NCBI GenBank assembly: GCA_032718475.1
Contig: JAUCBJ010008854.1
Coordinates: forward strand, 1 to 64,000
Source: Nemertoderma westbladi
Lineage: Eukaryota; Animalia; Xenacoelomorpha
Length of the DNA: 64,000 nucleotides
Direction: 5' to 3'
The translations under genes and the position numbers were made by a program. This document shows, piece by piece, positions 34,597-47,349 of the stretch (position 1 is the first letter of the stretch; every line of letters starts with the position of its first letter). A model generated the notes under the pieces. The model did not search any database. It was not told where the DNA came from and worked only from the letters and a program-made list of their open reading frames with translations.

Positions 34597-37160
34597 GGTG
34601 CTAAAATGCACAACGAGCAACAATGACCAACAACGAGCTGACGAGCAACAATGATCAACAATGAGCAACAACGAGCAACAACCAACAACGAGCAACAATG
34701 ACAAACAACGAGCAACAATGACCAACAATGAGCAACAACGAGCAACAATGACAAACAACGAGCAACAACGAGCAATAATAAAGTACAACAACGACAGAAC
34801 GAGTAACAATGAGAGCAACAACGAGCAACAATGAGCAACAATGAGCAACAACGAGCAATAATAAAGTACAACAACGAGTAACAATGAGTAACAACGAGCC
34901 ACAATGACCAACAACGAGCAGTAATAATGTACAACAACAAGCAACAATGACCAACAATGAGCAACAACGAGCAACAATGAGAAATAATGAGCAACAACGA
35001 GCAATAATAAAGTACAACAACGAGTAACAATGAGCAACAATGAGCAACAACGTCGCGTTAATTTAATTGTTAATTGTCGCGTTATGGCTAATCTATTGTC
35101 TTGGTTTTACATAGGGAATCATCAACATCAATCATCATCAATATTGTTCTGTTCCAAGTCAAAAGAATCCCGTAATCTTACTACATATATATCTACTTGT
35201 GGCGGTTAACTTCAAAGTCCTAAGTCCTAAATCCTAAGTCGTAATCGAATAAATTTAGTTGAATTTCCGTTAGTTCGATCTACTGTAAACTGCCCAACAA
35301 AATGCACTGTAGATAGGCCTAACCCAATCGTGACATTCCCCTAACATTAAGCAATAATACTAATACAGTAAGAAGTGCTGAAGTAATGAACAATGAAGCT
35401 ATTAGCAGGGGCGTAGGCTGGCAGACAGGGGGGTAGATACTGGTTTCTAGGCCCGAATGATGTCCGTTAACCTTAACTCTGTAATACAGTAGGCCTAACA
35501 CCTAACTGGGCACAATCTACTGAACGGAACCTTTGCTCAATTGACCAGGACCCGTTGACCGGACCCATTGATATTTAAAGGCAGAAAAGAGCAGGCAGCA
35601 GATTAGTAAAGGACCAGGTTACAGAGGCGTGTTCAAGTGTTGGCGTTGGTGGGAACCAAAACAATAAACGAAAGTTAAGACATGTTACAAGATTATGGGT
35701 ACGGTCACAAAAGGCTGAGGTAATAAGGGTCCGGTCAACACAAGTAAAATATAAATCAAATATAAAGCTTCAACATATAAATAAAAATTTAATAGGCCTA
35801 AAGTAAATAACTAATCAAATACAAAATAGGCTTGGCCTACCCCCATCCCCCAAGCTATACAGTAGTCTGTAACTGTAATATAGAAATAGAAACGCTAGGC
35901 AGACTTCAGCTTCAGGACTGCCGGGCAATCAGGTCACTGTCCAAGTCCAACTGTATAAAATACAAAATAATAATACGAAAACCAGTTCACACTTCACAGT
36001 ACCGTATATCAGACAGTCAGAACCAGATAATAGGTTGAGGTAAGTTTCAACGACACTACCCGAACAGAACAAGACTGAAATCAGGTAAACTGATAAATAT
36101 TTGTAGGCCTACCGGTCCATACAGGTATAGCAGTATTGTGCACCATCTTGATGACATTGCGGGTATGGAAGCATTTTTTATTAAGTTCTTGGTTGGGAAT
36201 TTATTTATTGGATTACTGGGATACTTATACTGCATAAGTATAATGAATGTATTGCTCGTTGTTGCTCGTTGTTGCTCATTGTTGCTCGTTGTTGTTCATT
36301 GTTGCTCGTTGTTGTACTTTCGTTGTTGCTCATTGTTGCTCGTTGTTGCTTCATTGTTGCTCGTTGTTGCTCATTGTTGCTCGTTGTTGCTCATTGTTGC
36401 TCATTGTTGCTCGTTGTTGCTCATTGTTGCTCATTATTGCTCGTTGTTGATCATTGTTGCTCGTTGTTGGTCATTGTTGCTCCTTGTCGCTCATTGTTGC
36501 TCGTTGTTGCTCATTGTTGCTCGTTGTTGCTCATTGTTGCTCGTTGTTGCTCATTGTTGCTCGTTGTTGCTCATTGTTGCTCGTTGTTGCTCAGTTGTTG
36601 CTCATTGTTGCTCGTTGTTGCTCATTGTTGCTCGTTGTTGCTCATTGTTGCTCGTTGTTGCTCGTTGTTGGTCATTGTTGCTCATTGTTACTCGTTGTTG
36701 TACTTTATTATTGCTCGTTGTTGCTCATTGTTGCTAGTTGTTGCTCATTGTTGCTCGTTGTTACTCATTGTTGCTCATTGTTGCTCCGTTGTTGCTCATT
36801 GTTGCTCGTTGTTGCTCGTTGTTGCTCATTGTTGCTCGTTGTTGCTGCATTGTTGCTCGTTGTTGCCATTGTTGCATCGTTGTTGCTCGTTGTTGCTCGT
36901 TGTTGGTCATTGTTGCTCATTGTTACTCGTTGTTGTACTTTATTATTGCTCGTTGTTGCTCATTGTTGCTCGTTGTTGGGTGCTCATCGTTGTTGCTCGT
37001 TGTTGGTCATTGTTGCTCATTGTTACTCGTTGTTGTACTTTATTATTGCTCGTTGTTGCTCGTTGTTGCTCGTTGTTGCTCGTTGTTGCTCATTGTTGCT
37101 CGTTGTTTGCTCATTGTTGTTCGTTGTTGGTCATTGTTGCTCGTTGTGCATTTTAGCACC
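34597..37160. mobile_element. Foldback-type non-autonomous DNA transposon with inverted 10-bp satellite arms
   Basis: Termini GGTGCTAAAATGCACAACGAGCAACAATGACCAACAACGA and its reverse complement. Arms of TGTTGCTC(A/G)T lie at 34610-35050 and 36250-37145. Flanks are CGGTA / TACCG (TA TSD in a CGGTACCG target, or 5 more bases of TIR). Confidence 0.85.
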
Positions 37161-38056
37161 TACCGATAACCACTGGGAAAAGAAAAGGAGATACCAGTAC
37201 TGAAAATAGCGGGAACATTTGAAATATATTGTTCTTAAACTTTAAATGCGTTTATCTCGGAATTAAATTTTTCACATTCAAAATACTACTACTCAGCCAT
37301 TTCTTAACCAAATTTCGAAATTTTTTTTTGTTTGATTTCTTTTCGGGTTTTGATCAAAAGTAATCGGTTAGAATTTTGAATTGTGCCATATTAATTTCTT
37401 GAAATTAGTTAATATCTATTAAGTAATAATTAATATTAGTTAATAATGTTTAAAAAATATTTAAGACCTAAATAAAAAATGTAACCGATAAGTTTTGTGG
37501 AGCCGAGGATGCTGATTCAGAAAAACCAAGTTTGAAAATTTTCGCCCAAAATTGTGAGACTAGTAGTGTTTTTAGTGAAATTAACAATTTCGCTGGTGGC
37601 CGCTAGAGGGCCACTCAAATTTAAAATTTTTTTTTTGAACCCAATATTTGGCCATATGTTAATCCCCCGAAAGGTATAAAATATTCAAAACTACACACAA
37701 AGCAGAAAATATAGCCATTTGCAAAAAAGGTCCATAGGGGGGTGTACCCCCCCCCCCTCCCCCTCCCCCCCCCCCCCCCCCTTAACAGTACATTGGTGTA
37801 AATCAGTACTTTGACAATCAACTATGATTTCTACGCATCAGCCAACATGTTACAACAACAAAGCAGAATACTGAACAAAGAGATGTCGCAATGCAGCATA
37901 AAAAATGCCCAGCACTCGAATGCAAATAATTTTTAGAACCCTGAATCATAGCGATCTATTGTAGCAGCTTCCAATCAAAATCGTAGTTACTATATATTTG
38001 TTTACTAGAGTTCAACGGTGTGAAGAAAATAAAAAGGGCTCTTAATTGGCCTATAG

Positions 38057-40967
38057 GGGCTGTTGCGCTGTCAGTCAGAGAGGTAACAAACAGCCCATGG
38101 GGTAAGGATTTACCCATGGGGCACTAACTATCAGATAGTCTGATACCAACTGTCAGACAGTCTTTTTCAACTATCAGATAGATGATCGCCCAGTTACAAG
38201 TTGCCCGATAGTTGTATTTTTTAAACCCCGAGTGTTGTTGACCGAGTCTGTTACTTCAGAAACCGTTAAACGTGGTGCCGGTGCCGGAATTCTGGCTTTG
38301 ATTAAAAACACTGAACTGCTGAGCGATGGCGGAATCTACGAAACCCGGCTGGATTCCTAATCCTAGGAGGCGACGGAGTCAATTAAACGTAACAATGAAA
38401 CGATCGCGATGGACAATGGACTGATGGATTCTATTCAATGTATCCAGAACGATACGATGGCGGCGGAGTCTATTACAGTATTAAACACGCAACCAAAGTG
38501 ATCAGATGATGGCGAAGTAATCTACAAAACAGAGAACGACAGGAAGGCGATGGAGTTTCTGAGTTTATTAAACCCAGTAAGATGTGCATAGCGAAGCGAT
38601 CGAGACGGATAACGGAGTCTATTACAGTATTAACCACGTAACCAAAGCGATCAGACGATGGCGAAGTAATCTACAAAACAGAGAAAGGAAGGCGATGGAG
38701 TTTATTATACCCAGTAAGATGGTGCATAGCGAAGCGATCGAGACGTATAACATATAACGGAATCTATTACAGAATTAAACCTGGAATGAAGACGGTGGAA
38801 TCTATAGGCCTAAACCTGGAACAATGCGAACAAGGCTACTCTAAAGTTAGACTAGACTGGTTTGTGAGATTAACTTGCCAATACTAACTCAATACAATTT
38901 GCTTTCTTCGAATTCCTAATAATATATTTTAATCTTAATAATAAATTATTCAACATCAATTATTTTATAAGTCTTGTCAATGTATAAGATTGCTAAAGAC
39001 GAAAGAGCTAACTTTAGGAAGATCTGCCTTATATTTTTAGAATTATTATAATTAATTTTGTTATGTTTATAATGAATTGTATCTTTTGACAGACTACTTG
39101 ATGTGCGACCGTGATAATAAAATTTAATGGTGCCGAAATATTTTCACTTACTTAACTGCAGGGGGGGGCAATCAATATTCTTCCCTCTCCAGGTGAAAAT
39201 CGACGCAAATAACAGCTTGTTTACTACTAAAATAAAACTGCATCCTGTTCTATAGGAAAAAACATTATAAGGGAAACTTTAGCAAGTTGTGTTTATTTTA
39301 GCCGATAGACAAGACTACATGTTTACCAAGTTTGGTATAATTTAGTCAAAGATTGAATAAGTTACGATTTTAAATTATCAGTGGAGGGTGAAGGCGCCGG
39401 GCCAGGATTCAGTTATACTTGAATAAATAATAGTGATTAAACCAAGCAGCCAAGGGATACGCGATATATGACACTGCTGTATAAGTTCATTGAATGACTG
39501 TTGATTTCGAAACATTTAATTCAAATCTATATAAATGTTAATATAATGTTGGATTTTTTTTTGTAATAATTAACAGATGAATTATATTATTTCATTAATT
39601 TATTTTTTTTATCTAATCACATTATTAAATAACAAAGCACAGAAATAATACTACGATTGAATATTTAATTGAAGGTACAGTACCGAATTGAATATTTGAA
39701 TGGGAGTATCTTTTAGGCTCGTTAAGCCAAGGAATGCCTGTTCACCACCATGGGTGATCTTCCACAGTAAACCCTTCCACTCTGTTTCCCAAGTTGCCTT
39801 GGTTCCCAATCGACCACTGAAGGATGAAAGCCGGGGTTGGGCTAGGCTGCAGCATTTAAAGCACTGTGCCCAAACAGTACTGCCCCATCTAGGGATCGAA
39901 CATTGAATATTTGAGATTGCATAAGATAGAGTATTGAATATCTTTGGCCGTCATCCCGTTGGTGACTGCATTGCCTACCATTTCGACAGTTTCGATTGGT
40001 TTTGGCTCTTCAGTCCCCGAATAGACCGATGGTCGGCGTGGTTGCTGTCCCCATGACTGAGGCTGCATTACCAACCAAAATTGCCATCTCCAGGCGTTGG
40101 AGCAGAAACTGGTGTGACCGCGGTTCGTGGGTGGCACTGTGTAGACGAGCCCCGATCTCCCGTGGGAAGGTGGATGTCTCTGGACCAGGGCGGCCAAAGG
40201 TCTCAAAGGCCACAGGGTGAAATAAATGGCCCCGGTCCATTAGGTCGCGATACTTAGAGTTTTTAATGCGCTCCGCCCCCTTAGCTGAGTGCCCCTCGGC
40301 AATTATGGTTTGTTGAAGGTGGCTGGGGTCAGTGGATCTAGTAAGAATTAACGCAAAGATATGATTAAGTAGGCCTATGTGATATTACTGTATTAATTTC
40401 TCAAACCAAACCTATCCATTGACGTCAAATATATCCAATTTCTCCATCCAAACAAATCCGTATGTAATAATGCAGTAATGTACACTGTAATGCAATACCG
40501 GTAATGTCAATGTCCAACCAAACAATGCGTTGGTGTTATCAGACCAGCCTCTGACGTCTGAGAACCCCGTTGGTGTTATCGGACCAGCCTCTGAGAAATG
40601 TTAGGCTAACGGCACTTCGCTCTGTCGCATCAGTTTTGTAGTGGTCAGGTGGTCTATGGTCTAGTTCCAGGCTACCAGAATCCGTTAGGCCTAGTGCATG
40701 ACAGCATGATATAGAATCAGCATATTATCGTGACATCTGTGCAACTCCTGAACTCACGTGAGCATTTTACAGATGGTGGTCTAATTTATATGGTCTTGTA
40801 CCGCGAAACCGTGTATTATTTACAGATGTAGGCTAAATTTCGGGTCTTGTACCGTGCACAGTACTGGTGGGCCTACACAGCTACTGCTATTTTGCCTAAT
40901 ACAGGTCCCAGAGGTAAATCCTTACCCCACAGGCTGTTACCTCTCTGACTGACAGCGCAAACAGCCC
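38057..40967. mobile_element. Non-autonomous DNA transposon with ~55-bp imperfect TIRs
   Basis: GGGCTGTTGCGCTGTCAGTCAGAGAGGTAAC...GGGGTAAGGATTTACC versus GGTAAATCCTTACCCC...GTTACCTCTCTGACTGACAGCGCAAACAGCCC. No clear TSD; degenerate internal tandem repeats at 38330-38820. Confidence 0.7.
40010..40335 (-). mobile_element. 3' fragment of an RLE-type (CRE-like) non-LTR retrotransposon
   Basis: AERIKNSKYRDL...FHPVAFETFG..G....EIGARL....EPRSHQFLLQRLEMAILVGNAASVMGT, a typical C-terminal restriction-like endonuclease tail. Confidence 0.75.
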
Positions 40968-41749
40968 TCACTCTAATTGGCCGCATTCCAACCACTAAAA
41001 AAGAGGCAAGGGAATGCCGAAAGTGAATACCGAAAGTGAACACGGCAGGGCGTGTGGCTTTTATGCTTTTATAAACACTACTTAGATATTCATGAGTTTA
41101 TAAATCTTATCTAAATACTCCATCAGTTCTATGGCTTTGGAGTAGGATGGAGCATTGCTAATAAAATGTGAGTTTTTGTCGCAAAAGCTTTAACATATTA
41201 ACAAGTATATATCGAGTGTTAATAATAATAGTAGGCGTAGCGTTTACTTATGTTATAGTTATGATTTGCTGATATTTTAATAAATGTTTAATGTAGGACA
41301 CATTACACATCTTTCTTTATACCAAATACTTATACTGAATCGTCAATCGTTGTTTGTTTTGCACACATAAGTGATTTATAGCATGGTGCCTTCGCCTTGC
41401 CTATGGGTTGTCTAGCCTCCTCATCCTTATACATTTGTACTTTTATTTGCAATTTTCATATTAATATGTTTTAATAAAGAGTGTTGTGGTTATAAATAAC
41501 ATAATAATCAAGATATGTGCCAGTGCCACGCCATGTAGGCTGCGCGTAGAAGCGCAGGTTTACCCATACTTCCTTACAGTACATCATAGACTTGTCAGCC
41601 TGTACTACACTGCTGCTATACGGTAAAACGAACTTAGATCCCGCAAGGCCTGACTTTGATAAACTTAGATCTTTCCGAACTTTAATGTCCTATCTGAGTG
41701 AACTTAGATATCCTAACTAGGTGAATTTAGATCCTAACTAGGTGAACTT

Positions 41750-41911
41750 AGATTGATTTATGAGCGATTGGCGAACGATAACCATACTTTATTTATTTTT
41801 TAATAAATAATTAAATTTTTAAAATTTTTGAAAAACTCCGGCTCCGGCCAAATTGCTCAACTCCGGCTCCTGCTCCGGCACCGGCCAAATCCCAACTCTG
41901 ATCGAGCCCTA
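41750..41911 (-). mobile_element. Inverted partial copy (left end) of the hAT MITE at 43515
   Basis: Reverse complement of 43515-43690, ending ...GATCGAGCCCTA. Confidence 0.8.
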
Positions 41912-41916
41912 ATTTC

Positions 41917-43118
41917 GGGTAAATCTTTTCGACCTACGCGTAGGCCTACGCGTAGCTACGCGTAGCTACGCGTAGCTACGCGTAGTTTGTAACTTCCATT
42001 CCTGTCATTTACCGGCAGGGCCAGACTTACTGCCTATTTAACAACTACGCGTAGGTGTTTTAAAACTACGCGTAGTTATTTTGGAACTACGCGCAGGTAT
42101 TTTGAAACTACGCGTAGGTGCTACGCGTAGCTACGCGTAGGTGCTACGCGTAGCAGTCCTGATAACAATGATTTTTCATTTCAGGTCCGGTAGGGTTGAG
42201 TTGTTAGGCAAGTATCGGTATATTTCAGGTATCTGATTATCAGACAAATGTAATAACAGAATCGGAAACTCATATCTCGACATACAGCACTGGTAATAAA
42301 TAATATTCGGCTCTTTCACAAACAAACACAGAATGAATAAAAAGTAAACTTAAAATTCACGTCTCATGATTCAAGTATCTTTGTTTCCATTGGATTATTT
42401 AAATATTGAACAGTACTGTAGTAAATAAAGCGACCAGTCTACCGGTGAAGAGGTTAAACGAAAGCAGATAAATACTGCATATAATCAAATTGTTTGGTCA
42501 AATAACAAGTGCAACCAATCATGGTAGACAATTTAGTCTCCTCCTTCCCTTGTCAAGGGGTTTTAACATATTAAATACAGTATATCCTTGCCCTATCGTG
42601 AACAAAGGCAATAAAAAGCATAGAGAATCGATAAGAACCATCGGCCTATTTCCTTTGTAAACTATTTTTGAACTCTAAACATTAATTATTAACACATTTT
42701 AACGCCCGCAACGCATGAAGTGAAGAGTATGTAGTCTTAGCGTATTCCTCTATTGAGTAGAGTATACATGTATTACTGTTGAAAGCATTTGATGGTTGTG
42801 GGTTGTTTATTGAACATACCGTATTTGTGTCTTATTTTAGTACTGACTCGCTTCGAATACGTAGGCCTACTAATGATAAACGACGTATAGGCATAGTTAT
42901 GGGTAGCACCTACGCGTAGGTATACGTAGCAACTACGCGTAGTTATACGTAGCATCTACGCGTAGTTATACGTAGCATCTACGCGTAGGTCGCGTAGGAC
43001 CTACGCGTAGCTACGCGTAGCACTTACGCGTAGTTATTGTTAAAACTCTGAAACTGGTGATATATGACCCATTGTTGCGAACTACGCGTAGCTACGCGTA
43101 GGTCGAAAATATTTACCC
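41917..43118. mobile_element. MITE with palindromic CTACGCGTAG subterminal repeats
   Basis: TIR GGGTAAAT.TTTTCGACCTACGCGTAG / CTACGCGTAGGTCGAAAA.ATTTACCC; 8-bp TSD CTAATTTC (41909-41916, 43119-43126). Confidence 0.9.
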
Positions 43119-46100
43119 CTAATTTCCAGGTATTGGTATATACCGATACCCCTACCGGTATGCTGGTATACAGGTATAGGCTACCAGCAACCAGTACTGT
43201 AGACAGTCATAGTCAGACAGTAGCCTACTGCAGTACTGGTATACTAACTACTGAACTACTAACAGATTCGATTAGATTATGTATGTTATCATGTACGGTA
43301 CATTACTGCATTATGCATTACTGCATTATATGTTATACCTAGGTAAATTAGGCCTATTGTATTAGGCCTATAGGCCTACTGTATACATACACCCCACATA
43401 CTACTGCTGTACTGTAGCCAGGTAGCTATGTAATTGTTTTGTATTGTTCTGTACAGATTATGACAGATTGTACCGGTAATTGTTTTCTAACTAAATAGGC
43501 TACAGTATCAGTAGTAGGGCTCGATCGGAGTTGGGATTTGGCCGGAGCCGGAGCAGGAGCCGGAGTTGGACAATTTGGCCGGAGCCGGAGCAGGAGCCGG
43601 AGTTTTTCAAAAATTTTAAAAATTTAATTATTTATTTAAAAAAAAATAAAGTATGGTTATCGTTCGCCAATCGCTCATAATCAATCATACTGTAGGTCTA
43701 ATTAATTTCATATTTATAGATTTACGAATTTTCAATTTAAAATTTAAGTAATTAATTTATCACAGACAAACGGCACGGCACGGCTTGACGATGACGGCGA
43801 CGGCCTGATGCTGACGGCGACGGTGGACGGCCTGACGCTGACGGCTAAAAATTACCTACAGTACCTAACTCACTAACTCATAACTATCTACAGATCTAAC
43901 TGTGGTAGAGGTGTGTACCGTAGGTAGCCTACCGTACGCTGGTACGTGTACCAGTACCGCAGTACCAGAGTACAGTATGCTGGCATGACAGCAGTAAATG
44001 GCTGCAGTGGTACAGTCTGACAGTGTACAATCATAGCATTTACAATTTTTTAAAGTAGGGCCTATCTGTCTGTCTGTAACAGTCTGCTAGTCAGCCAGCT
44101 GGCCAGTACCAGTACTGCAGTACAGTCAGTCAGTCATTGACTTTAAGTAAATACTGCAGTATTATCAGATTATACTTGATATTGAAGGGTTTGACTAAAT
44201 ACGCCACCGACAACCACCGACACCTTTCGCATACCACCGACAACCACCGACAACAAAAGACACAAACCGACACAAACCGACAGGTAAGATCGCAAACCGA
44301 CAGTATACCGACAACTTCGGCAATGTTAGTAAACTATTTCAGTACATGATTATACAATTTTTATTTCCAGTCCAAATATTTATAACAAAGCATATTGTCC
44401 ACTGTCGGCCTGTTGTCGGTGGTGTAATTAGTCATGATAATTTCTTTAAAATATAATACCGCCTTCATATATTATCTTATTTTAAATTATTATATTGCAT
44501 AGCGTAATGGTAAAAATCGCTAGTGTTTTTCATATGTCGGTGTGTTGCTATTATTATTAGTTTTTGTCGGTGGTAGTCAGACTGTTGTCGGTGGTAGTCA
44601 GACTTTTGTCAGTGGTATATTTCTGCGGTATCCGTTCTTAAACTTGGACATACAGTACAGTGCGATAGGCCCCTACAATGCCGAAATTTATTACTTTACA
44701 TACAGCTGCACATTGTGTGACGTAATTGGTATTTACCTAAATGACGTAAAGTAAAGTGAAGGAAGGAAACAAGAAGCAACGGAAACTCGTTTCTCTCTTG
44801 GATGTTACCGGAAAAGAATGGTTGCCCAACACAATCTCCCAAGGATGACCACTTCATAACTATTCAACCTTTTCTGTATCCCCATAAGCCAGGCGGCATA
44901 TTGTACTGTTGGATTTGTTAACATAAGACTTTGCCTTAACTGGCTTTAAAATTTGACTAAATACTACACCGACAACCACCGACACCTTTCGCATACCACC
45001 GACAACAAAAGACACAAACCGACACAAACCGACAGTTAAGATCGCAAACCGACAGTATACCGACAGCTTCGGCAATGTTAGTAAACTTTTTTAGTACATG
45101 ATTATACAATTTTTATTCCCAGTCCAAATATTTATAACAAAGTATATTGTCCACTGTCGGCCTGTTGTCGGTGGTGTAATTAGTCATGATAATTTCTTTA
45201 AAATATAATATCGCCTTCATATATTATCTGTTTTAAATTATTATATTGCATAGCGTAATGGTAAAAATCGTTAGTGTTTTTCATATGTTGGTGTGTTGCT
45301 AGTATTATTAGTTTTTGTCGGTGGTAGTCAGACTATTGTCGGTGGTAGTCAGACTATTGTCGGTGGTATATTTCTGCGGTATCAGTTCCTATACTCTAAC
45401 ATACAGTACAGTGCAATACAATTCCGAAATTTATTACTTTACATACACCTGCACATTGTGTGACGTAATTGGTATTTACCTAAATGACGTAAAGTAAAGT
45501 GAAGGAAGGAAACAAGAAGCAACGGAAACTCGTTTCTCTCTTGGATGTTACCGGAAAAGAATGGTTGCCCAACACAATCTCCCAAGGATGACCACTTCAT
45601 AACTATTCAACCTTTTCTGTATCCCCATAAGCCAGGCGGCATATTGTACTGTTGGATTTGTTAACCTAAGACTTTGCCTTAACTGGCTTTAAAATTTATT
45701 GCTAATGCAGCTTTTTGTTTTCGTGTTGGCATTTACTGTATGGAATTTGCGCAACCGAAACAAAAAACGGTGCCAGTTTATTGATTGATGAGTTGGTGGA
45801 AAATAATATTGATCGATTGGAAGATTGATTCATTAAATTATATATTAGTTTAAGATATACCAGTTTTCCAAAATTAAATTAATTCTACATAACTGTAATA
45901 ACGAACCTGCATGTATACAGTACATACAGGCGGGGTGAGTATTTTGTCAAAACTTATTGTCTCATGTATCTATCTATGTATGTATCCATCTGCCATAAAT
46001 CAGCAGTTACTTACACAGTTTCGAGACTTCTCATACTGTAGTTATAAAGGTCGTCGCCTGCGTAGAAAAAATATTTTATGACAAAACAGGACGAGCACAA

Positions 46101-46234
46101 CGAGGCTTATAATGAAGAGTAGTACTAAATTGACTTTATACTTCTATAAACCACCTGGTTTCGGATATTATTGAACACAATATACCACAGTTAGTTCAGT
46201 ACCGGTAGTGGAATGTTGCATATATACATCTATA

Positions 46235-46550
46235 TTAAGAATGATATGACGTCTTGTCGACAAACATACCAACCATGACATTTGCTAGATCTTCCGCATC
46301 TTCAAGGCCAGTGTCCTTTAAGATGCGTCTCAAGAAAATCATGGGCTGTCCACTATGGCTATTCACTCCATGAGGCCGTCAAAGCACAAGATTATGCACT
46401 GGCTGGTCCTCACGGCGAAAGCAATATCCTGCAAAGCGGAGACGCTTACGTTCAAGTGTCAAGCTTTGGGGGACTAGAGACACTTCCAATTTTTTATAGT
46501 GTATTATTGGAGATGAGTTCATTATACTATACAGTGTACTTGACACAATT
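46235..46550 (-). mobile_element. Degenerate RTE LINE 3' fragment inside the MULE
   Basis: Matches 6104-6320 and 57400-57640 (TCAAGGCCAGTGTCCTTTAAGATGCGTCTCAAGAAA...GCACTGGCTGGTCCTCACGGCGAAAGCA). Confidence 0.75.
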
Positions 46551-47349
46551 AATGACTAAGGTCTAAAGTGTCCATTTATGTGCTACTGTAAAGACTTTGC
46601 CGTAATTGGCTTTAAAAATTATTGCTAATGTAGCTTTTTGTTTCCGCTTTCCGACAACCAGCCACATCGACAAACATAAACCGACAAGAAGGAATCACGA
46701 ATTATTCAGCGTCGGCATCGTCGGGTTATTGTCGGTGGTGCATTTAGTAAAGCCCCAAAGCCTCTACAATTGGCGGCAAATGACACAAACCGACAAGTAA
46801 AATGACAAACCGACATTCCGTCACTGTTGGTTGATTATATTAGCGCGAGTTTATAGAAGTTTAATTCTGAATTCACACTCAAAATATTTCAACATTTTAT
46901 AAATTCTCGGAACTGTCAGTTTACTACTGTCGGAGGCGTAATTAGTCATTCGTACAGTATAACCAAACGTTGTCTTGTTCTGTAAACATTAACTACGTTC
47001 TTCATTTAGTGTGGTCTATCGTGTAGTGAAGTGTAACCTCCCACGCACTGTATGTTTATGGCTGTCAGGTTATTACAAGGAGAAGCCTGATTGTTTATGA
47101 AATAATCAACCTAGCTGTCAACAGACTGTAACAGACTGTAAATATTCGCACAATAGCCAGAAAGTCAGTGAAGGTGTACAGTAGTCTGGTTATATTTTAT
47201 TTCCATTGAGACATAGTCTGCAATATAAAACACAATGAAAATTTTATTTTCACAACTCTAACTTTCTCTTGAAATATCATTACTTCAAAATGTTTTCATT
47301 GCAGAAATACAAAAAGTTAATTATTTTTTATGTTATTAATCATATTTAG

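Noticed and set aside
34524-37203. Cys/Leu/Val-rich ORFs (LLLVVAHCCS)
   Set aside because: Artefacts of the 10-bp satellite arms of the foldback element.
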